Positions 16,635 through 25,035 of a stretch of 32,000 nucleotides of DNA are shown piece by piece. Each line of letters starts with the position of its first letter. The first letter of the stretch is position 1. The notes under the pieces are model-generated. The model was not told the DNA's origin and did not search any database. It saw only the letters and a program-made list of their open reading frames with translations. The position numbers and the translations under genes were made by a program. This stretch comes from Bacillus subtilis subsp. subtilis str. 168. Lineage in GTDB: Bacteria > Bacillota > Bacilli > Bacillales > Bacillaceae. The stretch lies in the NCBI RefSeq assembly GCF_000009045.1, contig NC_000964.3:570001-602000 (forward strand), written 5' to 3'.

Positions 16635-17071
16635 GAAGCAGCTCGATTCCCCATTGCAATAGAGATGCGGTTCCAACTGTTTATTTGATTAATGATCAGA
16701 ACAAGGTCAACATATTGTTCCTCATCATAATGTTCCCGCACCCGATGATATAGCTCATCAGGAACCCTTTTAGATGGAATGAGCGTGATGTGTTCAGATA
16801 GTTCGAGAGCCGCTTTCTCTTCAGGTGAGTAAAAATCACATTCATTCCAAGCATGTAAACAGTAAATTCGCTGTTCAGTTTCTCCCATTTTGCGGGCATC
16901 GGACGTATGCATATCTATGCAGAAGGCACAGCCGTTCATTTGAGAGACTCTGATTTTGATTAGTTCTCTCGTCGTTCGGTTAATTGAGGATTGTTTCGTG
17001 TATTTCTCCATATCCATCATGATTTTCATACCTTCAGGTGCAATCTCATAGTAGGACACTCTTTGACTCAT
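16628..17071 (-). CDS. ydfG: carboxymuconolactone decarboxylase / AhpD-like family protein (CxxC)
   Basis: 147-aa ORF with RBS AAAGGAG. NGCAFCIDMH is the AhpD-like CxxC motif. Confidence 0.9.
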   Translation of the reverse strand: MSQRVSYYEIAPEGMKIMMDMEKYTKQSSINRTTRELIKIRVSQMNGCAFCIDMHTSDARKMGETEQRIYCLHAWNECDFYSPEEKAALELSEHITLIPSKRVPDELYHRVREHYDEEQYVDLVLIINQINSWNRISIAMGNRAASK

Positions 17072-17156
17072 AAAGCAAGACTCCTTTCCATAGAATACCT
17101 AGATTGTATCCCGGTATTGATCATTTTACCAATGTGCGGTTTGAATGACAGCTGTT

Positions 17157-17330
17157 TCAGCGTCTTTTGGAAAGAAGCTTCTTTGAATAAAAATAAGGGT
17201 AGCCAGCAATGATGAGTGGAGCTGCTAATGCAAGCAGTATCCATGAGCCTGATTGGCTGTCTCTAGTGACTCTAATGAATATATAAGTACCGATCAGAAA
17301 ATATAATAAAGCACCTAGAAACCAATACAT
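17157..17330 (-). CDS. candidate 57-aa two-TM micro-protein (below the 60-aa cutoff of the ORF track)
   Basis: Hand translation of the minus strand gives MYWFLGALLYFLIGTYIFIRVTRDSQSGSWILLALAAPLIIAGYPYFYSKKLLSKRR. RBS AGAGGA lies 6 nt before the ATG at 17330. Two clear hydrophobic helices are followed by a basic tail. It lies downstream of a YdfI-box-like promoter. Confidence 0.45.
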   Translation of the reverse strand: MYWFLGALLYFLIGTYIFIRVTRDSQSGSWILLALAAPLIIAGYPYFYSKKLLSKRR

Positions 17331-17332
17331 GT

Positions 17333-17476
17333 TCATTCCTCTTTTTCCTTGCTTTTTGGTTGCGCATTTTTGTCTGTCATATGGCTTAATCGATCAGGGT
17401 TCTGATTTTTTAATACCTTTTCGGTCCGGATTCCTTTTCTCTTTAATGATAAAATTGTGAGATCAATCGATTTCAA
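17333..17476 (-). CDS. candidate 47-aa hydrophilic micro-ORF (TTG start)
   Basis: Hand translation gives MKSIDLTILSLKRKGIRTEKVLKNQNPDRLSHMTDKNAQPKSKEKEE. GAAGGA lies 10 nt before the TTG at 17476. The stop TGA sits inside the RBS of the following 57-aa ORF. I see no recognisable family, so this may be only a 5' leader. Confidence 0.2.
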   Translation of the reverse strand: MKSIDLTILSLKRKGIRTEKVLKNQNPDRLSHMTDKNAQPKSKEKEE

Positions 17477-17514
17477 TGATGATCATTCCTTCAATGAATA
17501 GTAAGTTCCTTATG

Positions 17515-17579
17515 ATTTTAAAGGTAAATTTGAAAAGATAAAACGTACATAGAGGCAGAACGTTCATGTACGTTTGGGC
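17515..17579 (-). promoter_or_regulatory. YdfI-box-like tandem 12-mers plus a -10 (TAAAAT) on the minus strand
   Basis: Minus strand reads GCCCAAACGTAC (17579..17568), an 11-nt spacer, GCCTCTATGTAC (17556..17545), then GTTTTAT..., 23 nt in total from the box end to TAAAAT (17520..17515). An 18-nt exact match (ATTGCCCAAACGTACATG) and an 11-nt exact match (ATGTACGTTTT) link it to the ydfJ upstream region. Confidence 0.5.
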
Positions 17580-17623
17580 AATGATCACTTGTTGGAAACT
17601 CTAATGTTTCCCTGCACCTGATA

Positions 17624-17652
17624 TTGTTGTGTTCCTTCTCTTCCTATAAAAT
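17624..17652 (+). promoter_or_regulatory. candidate ydfH promoter TTGTTG-17-TAAAAT
   Basis: Hexamers at 17624..17629 and 17647..17652, about 90 nt upstream of the TTG start. Confidence 0.3.
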
Positions 17653-17743
17653 GATTGGATACATGTATGTTTGCACGTTGAAATATGGGTTCGATTTTCA
17701 TGAATCTCTATTCGGTGAAACAGGTAAAGGAAGTGGATAAGGT

Positions 17744-18967
17744 TTGCTTATAAGGAATCCTTTTAAAGATAAATATTACTCACATGATAGGCGGGCATTA
17801 AACATGCTTGCACTCAGAGTGCCGGGCCTGGCTTTTATTCTCATGATCTATATAGCCTCTATCGTGCTGCAATTTGTTTCTGGGGGCTGGTCCATTTTAT
17901 TGCTTTATGCGTTTACCATATTAATCGCCATTTTTGCTTTGCTTCATTGGCACTCATATCGCTGGGTTAAGAAAAGAGTGATTCTGTATTTCGCGGTACA
18001 AGGTTTGATCACCTTTGCACTTGCTAATCTCATGACTGGCTTCTTTATACTTGTGATTATCGGCCTTTATGCATTTTTAATTGGACAAATTATAGGAATG
18101 GCAGACAGAAGAAGGACTTTTCTCATTCTTTATCTATTGCTGCTGCTGGTCATAAATTCGGCGTATCACCTTCATAAAGGTGAAGTTTTGCATTTTATTG
18201 TTATTGCTGCGCCGATCATGATTGTCATCATCACTTATGCCGCAACATTTTTTGCCCAAGTCGATGAAAAAATAAAAGCTCAATTGACTCTTGAAAGGCT
18301 GGAGCTGGCTCATCAGCAGGTAGAACAGCTGACGCTGCAGAACGAAAGACAGCGGATGGCCCGAGACTTACACGATACGCTTGCTCAAGGTCTTGTCAGT
18401 TTAAATATGCAGCTGGATGCGATTCATGTTCATCTCGCCAAAGGCAACACAGAGAGAGCGAAGGAAATCATACAACAATCGATGAAAAGAGTGAAAAGCA
18501 CAATAGCTGATGCACGTTCAGCTATTGACGATCTCCGCAGCAAATCAGAAGAAATCGGTGTTTTAAAAGAAAGAATTACCTCGCTAATGGATCATTTTAT
18601 AGAGTCGACAGGCATGGCTTGTTTATTAGATTACAGATTGCATCAGGTGCTGGATGTGCGTACAGCTGAAAACTGTTATTACATCATTGGAGAATGCATG
18701 ACGAATGCGGCAAAGCATGCTGAGGCGAAAACAATCTGGATATCCATTTGGGATGATGAAAAGGGAAGGCTCCATTTAACAGTTAAGGATAACGGCAAGG
18801 GATTTGATGTTGAAAAAGGAAAGAAAAAGAGAGGACATTATGGGCTTCTTGGCATACAAGAACGCGTCAGGGCAATAAATGGCCAATTCAATATCAAGAG
18901 TACAAAATTGAAAGGAACACAAATTGAGATCACTGTACCAATTCAGGGAGAGATGCAAGATGAATAA
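17744..18967 (+). CDS. ydfH: sensor histidine kinase (HisKA_3/NarL-partner type, polytopic N-terminus)
   Basis: 407-aa ORF with TTG start. About 5 N-terminal TM helices. H-box ERQRMARDLHDTLAQ and a HATPase_c domain with N and G boxes. Confidence 0.9.
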   Translation: MLIRNPFKDKYYSHDRRALNMLALRVPGLAFILMIYIASIVLQFVSGGWSILLLYAFTILIAIFALLHWHSYRWVKKRVILYFAVQGLITFALANLMTGFFILVIIGLYAFLIGQIIGMADRRRTFLILYLLLLLVINSAYHLHKGEVLHFIVIAAPIMIVIITYAATFFAQVDEKIKAQLTLERLELAHQQVEQLTLQNERQRMARDLHDTLAQGLVSLNMQLDAIHVHLAKGNTERAKEIIQQSMKRVKSTIADARSAIDDLRSKSEEIGVLKERITSLMDHFIESTGMACLLDYRLHQVLDVRTAENCYYIIGECMTNAAKHAEAKTIWISIWDDEKGRLHLTVKDNGKGFDVEKGKKKRGHYGLLGIQERVRAINGQFNIKSTKLKGTQIEITVPIQGEMQDE

Positions 18968-19601
18968 GGTTTTAATCGTTGATGACCATCTTGTCGTGAG
19001 GGAAGGTCTGAAGCTTTTAATTGAAACGAATGATCAATACACCATTATAGGAGAGGCGGAAAATGGAAAAGTAGCAGTCCGTCTTGCAGATGAATTAGAA
19101 CCGGATATCATTCTGATGGATTTGTATATGCCGGAGATGAGCGGGTTAGAGGCCATTAAACAAATAAAAGAAAAACACGATACCCCCATCATTATTTTGA
19201 CTACATATAATGAAGATCACTTAATGATCGAAGGGATTGAATTAGGAGCGAAAGGATATCTGTTAAAAGATACGAGTTCAGAAACCCTTTTTCACACAAT
19301 GGATGCAGCCATCAGAGGAAATGTGCTATTGCAGCCTGATATCCTTAAACGTCTGCAAGAAATCCAATTTGAGCGGATGAAAAAGCAGCGCAATGAGACG
19401 CAGCTGACAGAAAAGGAAGTCATTGTTCTAAAAGCAATTGCTAAAGGTCTTAAAAGCAAAGCGATTGCCTTTGATTTGGGCGTCTCTGAGCGAACAGTAA
19501 AGTCCAGATTAACGTCCATTTACAATAAATTAGGCGCGAATTCAAGAACTGAGGCAGTAACGATTGCCATGCAAAAAGGTATTCTGACAATAGACAACTA
19601 A
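18960..19601 (+). CDS. ydfI: NarL/LuxR-family response regulator
   Basis: The ATG at 18960 overlaps the ydfH stop by 8 nt and gives 213 aa. REC domain (VLIVDDH...DLYMPEMSG) and LuxR HTH (LTEKEVIVLKAIAKGLKSKAIAFDLGVSERTVKSRL). Confidence 0.92.
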   Translation: MNKVLIVDDHLVVREGLKLLIETNDQYTIIGEAENGKVAVRLADELEPDIILMDLYMPEMSGLEAIKQIKEKHDTPIIILTTYNEDHLMIEGIELGAKGYLLKDTSSETLFHTMDAAIRGNVLLQPDILKRLQEIQFERMKKQRNETQLTEKEVIVLKAIAKGLKSKAIAFDLGVSERTVKSRLTSIYNKLGANSRTEAVTIAMQKGILTIDN

Positions 19602-19619
19602 ACTGCATATTTGAAAATT

Positions 19620-19674
19620 GCCCAAACGTACATGCCCGAATGTACGTTTTTTTCATTTCATTGTCAACTACAAT
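19620..19674 (+). promoter_or_regulatory. YdfI binding site (tandem GCCCRAAYGTAC 12-mers) and ydfJ promoter
   Basis: GCCCAAACGTAC at 19620..19631, AT, then GCCCGAATGTAC at 19634..19645. A poor -35 follows, then 22 nt from the box end to TACAAT at 19669..19674. The 12-mer consensus is recalled from published work on YdfHI and ydfJ. Confidence 0.7.
19623..19657 (+). terminator. terminator-like hairpin after ydfI, formed by the YdfI box itself
   Basis: AAACGTACAT-gcccga-ATGTACGTTT followed by TTTTT. Confidence 0.5.
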
Positions 19675-19716
19675 GAGAAAGAATGTGATCAAGCAATGTG
19701 TTGAAAGGAGATTATC

Positions 19717-21891
19717 ATGTCAAAAATGTTATATACATTAGGAGGATGGGTTGCTCGCAATCGCATAAAAGCAATATGTGCGTGGATCGTTGTGTTAGTT
19801 GCTGCGATAGGCCTTGCAGTGACCTTGAAACCAAGTTTTTCTGAGGATATGTCCATACCTGACACACCTTCGGAAAAAGCGATGGATGTGATTCAAAAAG
19901 AATTTCCTCATGGTCCTGATAAAGGGAGCATACGGGTTATTTTCGGTGCTGGTGATGGGGAGAAACTTACTGGGAAGCCAGCAAAAAAAGCAATAGAAGA
20001 TACGTTCAAAGAAATCAGTAAAGATGATTCTGTTGACTCGATTGCAAGTCCTTTTGTGACAGGGACAATCGCGAAAGATGGCACAGTTGCCTATGCTGAT
20101 ATCCAGTATAAATCATCAGCAGATGATATAAAGGATTACTCTATCAAACACTTAAAAGACAGTTTGAAAATGGCTGATGATGAAGGATTGCAAACTGAGC
20201 TAAGCGGAGATGTACCGGGAGCGGAGATGGAGATAGGCGGTGTCTCTGAAATTGTCGGCATTATCTTGGCTTTTGTCGTTTTAGCCATTACATTCGGTTC
20301 TTTATTAATAGCAGGTTTGCCGATTTTAACTGCACTGATTGGTTTAGGTGTAAGTATTGGACTGGTTTTGATTGGGACACAAGTATTTGATATTGCTTCT
20401 GTCAGTCTTTCATTAGCCGGAATGATTGGCCTTGCTGTTGGTATTGATTATGCTTTATTTATTTTTACGAAACACCGCCAGTTTTTAGGCGAAGGCATAC
20501 AAAAGAATGAATCAATTGCGAGAGCCGTGGGAACAGCGGGAAGTGCAGTGGTTTTTGCCGGACTTACTGTTATCGTTGCACTTTGCGGATTAACTGTCGT
20601 TAACATTCCTTTTATGTCTGCGATGGGGCTGACAGCAGGGCTTAGTGTACTGATGGCTGTTTTGGCTTCCATCACACTTGTGCCTGCGGTCTTATCGATT
20701 GCAGGGAAGCGGATGATTCCGAAATCAAACAAGAAAATAGAAAAACAAAGCACTGAAACAAATGTCTGGGGACGCTTTGTCACCAAAAATCCTATCATGC
20801 TAAGTGTATGCAGCATTCTGATTTTGATCGTCATTAGTATCCCATCTATGCATTTGGAACTGGGCTTGCCTGATGCTGGGATGAAAGCTAAGGATAATCC
20901 GGATCGCCGGGCATATGACTTGCTTGCCGAAGGCTTTGGAGAAGGATTTAATGGCCAATTAACAATCGTAGCGGATGCCACAAATGCTACAGAAAATAAG
21001 GCGGAGGCTTTCGCAGATGCAGTGAAAGAAATAAAGGGCTTAGACCATGTAGCAAGTGTCACTCCTGCAATGCCTAATAAAGAAGGGAACTTTGCCATCA
21101 TTACGGTCGTTCCTGAAACAGGTCCAAATGATGTCACAACGAAAGATTTGGTACATGATGTACGCAGTTTATCAGATAAAAACGGAGTAGATTTGCTTGT
21201 TACTGGATCAACTGCAGTGAATATTGACATTTCAGATCGCCTGAATGATGCGATACCGGTGTTTGCTGTACTTATTGTTGGCTTTGCGTTTGTATTGCTG
21301 ACCATCGTTTTCCGTTCGCTGCTTGTGCCGCTTGTTGCTGTTGCAGGTTTCATGTTGACGATGACAGCCACTCTTGGAATCTGTGTATTTGTCTTGCAAG
21401 ACGGGAATCTCATCGACTTTTTCAAAATACCTGAAAAAGGGCCGATACTCGCGTTCCTGCCGATTTTATCGATTGGGATTCTGTTCGGGTTAGCCATGGA
21501 TTATCAAGTATTCCTTGTCAGCAGAATGCGTGAAGAATATGTAAAAACAAACAATCCAGTACAAGCCATTCAGGCTGGATTAAAACACAGTGGTCCTGTT
21601 GTTACAGCAGCCGGCTTGATCATGATCTTCGTTTTTGCAGGATTTATCTTTGCAGGCGAAGCTTCTATTAAAGCCAATGGGCTGGCTCTTTCCTTTGGTG
21701 TACTCTTTGATGCCTTTATTGTAAGAATGACACTGATTCCAAGTGTCATGAAGCTGATGGGGAATGCAGCCTGGTATTTGCCGAAATGGTTAGACAAGAT
21801 TATTCCGAATGTGGATATAGAAGGGCATCAACTGACAAAGGAAATACAGCCGGAAATAGATCATGAACAAAAGAAACAAATCAGTGTGTAA
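19717..21891 (+). CDS. ydfJ: MMPL-family (RND superfamily) membrane transporter
   Basis: 724-aa ORF with RBS AAAGGAG. Two 6-TM blocks with extracytoplasmic loops and duplicated GxDYxxFxxxR motifs. Confidence 0.93.
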   Translation: MSKMLYTLGGWVARNRIKAICAWIVVLVAAIGLAVTLKPSFSEDMSIPDTPSEKAMDVIQKEFPHGPDKGSIRVIFGAGDGEKLTGKPAKKAIEDTFKEISKDDSVDSIASPFVTGTIAKDGTVAYADIQYKSSADDIKDYSIKHLKDSLKMADDEGLQTELSGDVPGAEMEIGGVSEIVGIILAFVVLAITFGSLLIAGLPILTALIGLGVSIGLVLIGTQVFDIASVSLSLAGMIGLAVGIDYALFIFTKHRQFLGEGIQKNESIARAVGTAGSAVVFAGLTVIVALCGLTVVNIPFMSAMGLTAGLSVLMAVLASITLVPAVLSIAGKRMIPKSNKKIEKQSTETNVWGRFVTKNPIMLSVCSILILIVISIPSMHLELGLPDAGMKAKDNPDRRAYDLLAEGFGEGFNGQLTIVADATNATENKAEAFADAVKEIKGLDHVASVTPAMPNKEGNFAIITVVPETGPNDVTTKDLVHDVRSLSDKNGVDLLVTGSTAVNIDISDRLNDAIPVFAVLIVGFAFVLLTIVFRSLLVPLVAVAGFMLTMTATLGICVFVLQDGNLIDFFKIPEKGPILAFLPILSIGILFGLAMDYQVFLVSRMREEYVKTNNPVQAIQAGLKHSGPVVTAAGLIMIFVFAGFIFAGEASIKANGLALSFGVLFDAFIVRMTLIPSVMKLMGNAAWYLPKWLDKIIPNVDIEGHQLTKEIQPEIDHEQKKQISV

Positions 21892-21896
21892 TAGAA

Positions 21897-21927
21897 AAAG
21901 CAGATCTTTTATGATCTGCTCTTTTGC
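21897..21927 (+). terminator. ydfJ terminator
   Basis: AGCAGATC-ttttat-GATCTGCT followed by CTTTTG. Confidence 0.7.
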
Positions 21928-21975
21928 TTATGGTAGTATTTAGAAGATGAAGTCGGCAGTTAAAAGGAGACGCTT

Positions 21976-22148
21976 ATGGCGCCATCACTCATTTTCGATA
22001 TGGATGGAACTTTGTTTCATATTGGCAGAAGCTGCATCATACTAGCAGGCATCCCAGGAGAAGTGACATGATTTTTTGACTTTGCATTCACTACTTGATG
22101 CCAAGGATCTTGAGAATCCTTCTTGAAAATAAAGGATTTTACAACTGA
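21976..22148 (+). pseudogene. HAD-superfamily hydrolase remnant
   Basis: AAAGGAG is followed by ATG and MAPSLIFDMDGTLFH, which is HAD motif I (DxDGT). The frame then stops after 31 aa at 22071. Downstream frames give short C-terminus-like pieces (HSLLDAKDLENPS and LLENKGFYN, then stop), consistent with a large internal deletion. The tail beyond 22071 is tentative. Confidence 0.5.
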
Positions 22149-22204
22149 TCATATAAGAAACCTAAAGAAACAAGCACACAAAACCAGCTGCGGGTTTTGT
22201 CCAA

Positions 22205-22240
22205 GAAAAATAGAGTCCATAAGAGGGACTCTATTTTTTG
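22205..22240. terminator. bidirectional terminator downstream of nap
   Basis: AAAAATAGAGTCC-ataagag-GGACTCTATTTTT. Confidence 0.8.
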
Positions 22241-22302
22241 AAGTGCCCGGCTAGAAGCATATTGCAGGACTTTATGAATGCAAATCACTATCTTATAAGC
22301 CC

Positions 22303-23205
22303 TTACCGTGAAATGCCTGTTTCTGCATTGAAAAAACGCATTACACGTTCATTTACGTAAGTGGGTTGTTCCATCGATAAAACATGTCCGGCATTTTTAA
22401 TGACTTCCGCCTCAATATCTGGAACGAATGAAGAGGCTCGGTGCAGGGCTGAGTGGGGATCATAGATGACTTCATGTTCACCAAGTAATAATAGGATAGG
22501 AACTCTTGCTGAACGTAATTCCTCATCGGTAAAAACATACGGAAATCCGTCGGCATTAGGATTTGGATTTCTTGATCCATCCTGCCACATTACCCCTGCC
22601 TTAAACTGCTTCACAAAAATCGGGTGCAGCACATTCTGATCATTCATCATCCAATTTAAGAATGTTTCAACTCCATTTGACGCTGTAAGGCCAAGAGCGT
22701 ATTTGTAGAAATCGTGATGAAATGGCAAAAACGTTTCTGCCGGACTCAGTATAGCTGCGCTTTTTACTCTCTCAGGCATACGTAAAAGGAAATTCATCGT
22801 ATGGAGACCGCCAAGCGAAAGTCCGATCATGTGGGACTTTTCGATCCCCAGATTGTCAAACACATCAAGAAGCCAATTGGCGTAATCCGTTCTTGTACCG
22901 CTTACATTCTCAGGAATACTCTTGTTTTTATCACCTATGATATCAACTGCATAAGTTCTGTATTTACTGCTCCAATCGGCGATGTTGGGATACCACATCG
23001 TCGAGCTGAATAATGCTCCGTGGAGTAATACAAGCGGCGGGGCATCCTCTGGGCCGCTTGCAATCACATGTGTTTGACCAAAACGAGTAGATATATAGAA
23101 TGATTTACAACGGACCGGCCAAAGACTAAGGCTTTCATTATAAGTTTGATAATAGCGGATACCGTTGTCACTTAATTCGGGAATACTAGATGAATGGTTT
23201 GACAT
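22303..23205 (-). CDS. nap: carboxylesterase NA (alpha/beta hydrolase)
   Basis: 300-aa ORF with RBS GGGAGGGG. HG oxyanion motif (LLHGALF) and nucleophile elbow GLSLGG. Confidence 0.92.
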   Translation of the reverse strand: MSNHSSSIPELSDNGIRYYQTYNESLSLWPVRCKSFYISTRFGQTHVIASGPEDAPPLVLLHGALFSSTMWYPNIADWSSKYRTYAVDIIGDKNKSIPENVSGTRTDYANWLLDVFDNLGIEKSHMIGLSLGGLHTMNFLLRMPERVKSAAILSPAETFLPFHHDFYKYALGLTASNGVETFLNWMMNDQNVLHPIFVKQFKAGVMWQDGSRNPNPNADGFPYVFTDEELRSARVPILLLLGEHEVIYDPHSALHRASSFVPDIEAEVIKNAGHVLSMEQPTYVNERVMRFFNAETGISR

Positions 23206-23406
23206 ACAAATGCCCCTCCCAATTTTGTTTAAATGAATGTGCCGTTTCGTGATGGGGAATCTGATTTTGATATAACAGACTTTATTTACAATATAATACA
23301 GTTGTTATTAGACGTCAAATCCAAGATGAAAAGGAAAAAAACGATTGAAACAGATTATTGAAAATCAATATAACAGAATATTAACCTCCTTTGTGGAGCC
23401 GCTTCA

Positions 23407-24096
23407 TTAAAACCGCAATCCAAATGCATGAATCACAAAAATCACAACAGGAGGGATCAGGAGGGAAGGCAGCAGATTCAGTGTTTTGAACTTCTTGATT
23501 CCAAGAATGCTTAGACCTGAACTGAGGATGAGTATGCCTCCCACAATTGTGATTTCATTAATAAGGTCTGTATTGATTGCGCTCTCCATTACTTGTGCAA
23601 ATAAATAGATGGAGCCCTGCCAGGAAAATAATACAAGTGCGGCAGCCGCTATTCCAAAACCAAAAGTTGAAGCGAGCACAATGGAGGTGATCCCATCTAA
23701 CATCCCGTTTGTCAGAAGGTATGTATAATCTCCATGCAAAGCGGCTTCAACAGGGCCTAATATTGACAGCGAACCTATACAAAATAATAAGACCGCAGTT
23801 GATAAGCCCTCTGCTAAATTGCTTTTAGAAAATTTGTTCACCAGCTTGTTGAATCGTAATTCTAAATTGATGATCTGGCCTAGCAAACCTCCAATGGCTA
23901 AACTCACGATGAATAGAATGGGGTATTTACTATCAGGCAAATGCTGTGTAATGGCGTTGATCCCCAGTGCGACCGCAGCGAATCCCATTGCCTGCATCAA
24001 AATATCCTGGTATTCATCTTTAATGCCTTTTTTGAATATCCCCCCGATTATGCTTCCTGCAATGATCATCACTGTGTTAAAAATCGTTCCAAACAT
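23407..24096 (-). CDS. ydfK: DUF554-family integral membrane protein
   Basis: 229-aa ORF with RBS GGAGGAG. Polytopic and glycine-rich. Confidence 0.88.
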   Translation of the reverse strand: MFGTIFNTVMIIAGSIIGGIFKKGIKDEYQDILMQAMGFAAVALGINAITQHLPDSKYPILFIVSLAIGGLLGQIINLELRFNKLVNKFSKSNLAEGLSTAVLLFCIGSLSILGPVEAALHGDYTYLLTNGMLDGITSIVLASTFGFGIAAAALVLFSWQGSIYLFAQVMESAINTDLINEITIVGGILILSSGLSILGIKKFKTLNLLPSLLIPPVVIFVIHAFGLRF

Positions 24097-24129
24097 AAGC
24101 TTTCTCCTCCAAAAATCATTCCTGCATAA

Positions 24130-24160
24130 AAAATAAACCCTCTAGTTAGTAGAGAGTCAA
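24130..24160 (-). promoter_or_regulatory. MerR-style promoter for ydfK: TTGACT-19 bp-TATTTT with an inverted repeat in the spacer
   Basis: Minus strand reads TTGACT-CTCTACTAACTAGAGGGTT-TATTTT. The inverted repeat CTCTCTA/TAGAGGG overlaps the -35 and spacer. The same sequence could instead be the ydfL terminator hairpin with its U-tract. Confidence 0.4.
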
Positions 24161-24185
24161 GGGAGATCAAAACATATTCATGAGA

Positions 24186-24998
24186 TTATTTGATGGGCAG
24201 CAGGATTTCAGTCACGTAATTATCTAGGTTATTCGTAATGCCATAATCAATGAGTGTGATTTCGATTGAGTCCCCTGCTACCTCATAATGATGTTCTTTC
24301 ATATATGCCAGTAATTTTTTGTAGTATGGTTCGGCTTCTGGATGTGACCCTTTAAACCTAATTTGCAGATATTCTCTTGAAGGAAAGATGATTTCTGAAG
24401 AAGTTTTTTCATTTTCATCTTCAAGAATCATAAATATACTGGAATATTTGTCAAACTGTTTTGCTTTCACATTTGCTGCAGAAATGGATAAACCAATCTT
24501 GCCTATGAATATATCTTCGTTTACATTCAGGTGGGTTCTCAATTCAGCTAACGAATGTTCGATATCATGGCCGAGAACATATTCATGCTGCAAATAGGCC
24601 ACACGCATTGCGGGAAGTTTGATTTTTGAAATTTGATGTAACGGCATGTTAACGGCATCTTCTATATGTGTGATGCGTCGGGAGATCTTTCGTTCAATGC
24701 GTTCCAATTCTTTCTTCTTGCGATCAATTTCAACCTGCTGGCTTTTTAGTAAATGAAGAAGAGTGTTTGTATTTTGAGAGTTATAAAAATCAAGAAGCTT
24801 ATTGATTGGCAGGCCTAGGGCCCTCAAATACTTGATGGTATCCAGCCGCTCAAACTGTTGGGTAGAATAATATCTATAGTTCGTTTGCTCATCTTTATAT
24901 TCCGGTTTCAAAAGGCCGATTTCATCATAATACCGAAGAGCAGAGATTTTCACATTGAATAACTTTGACACTTCTCCAATCGAAAAAAATTCCTTCAT
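24186..24998 (-). CDS. ydfL: MerR-family regulator with a C-terminal GyrI-like effector-binding domain (BmrR-like)
   Basis: 270-aa ORF. N-terminal MerR HTH ([28 protein letters not shown]), a coiled-coil linker and a C-terminal ligand-binding domain. Confidence 0.9.
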
Positions 24999-25035
24999 TC
25001 TAACAACCTTTCTGTCCTATGATTGATATACACAC

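Noticed and set aside
20448-21497. 349-aa ORF on the minus strand
   Set aside because: It lies entirely antisense within ydfJ (MMPL). Its composition is low-complexity and rich in Ser, Thr, Ala and Pro. There is no RBS. Long antisense open frames are a common artefact opposite strongly codon-biased membrane-protein genes.
23270-23376. 9-mer TATAACAGA occurring twice (23270 and 23368) between nap and ydfK
   Set aside because: It is an AT-rich 9-mer in an AT-rich spacer with no symmetric partner or clear position relative to a promoter. This is too weak to call an operator.
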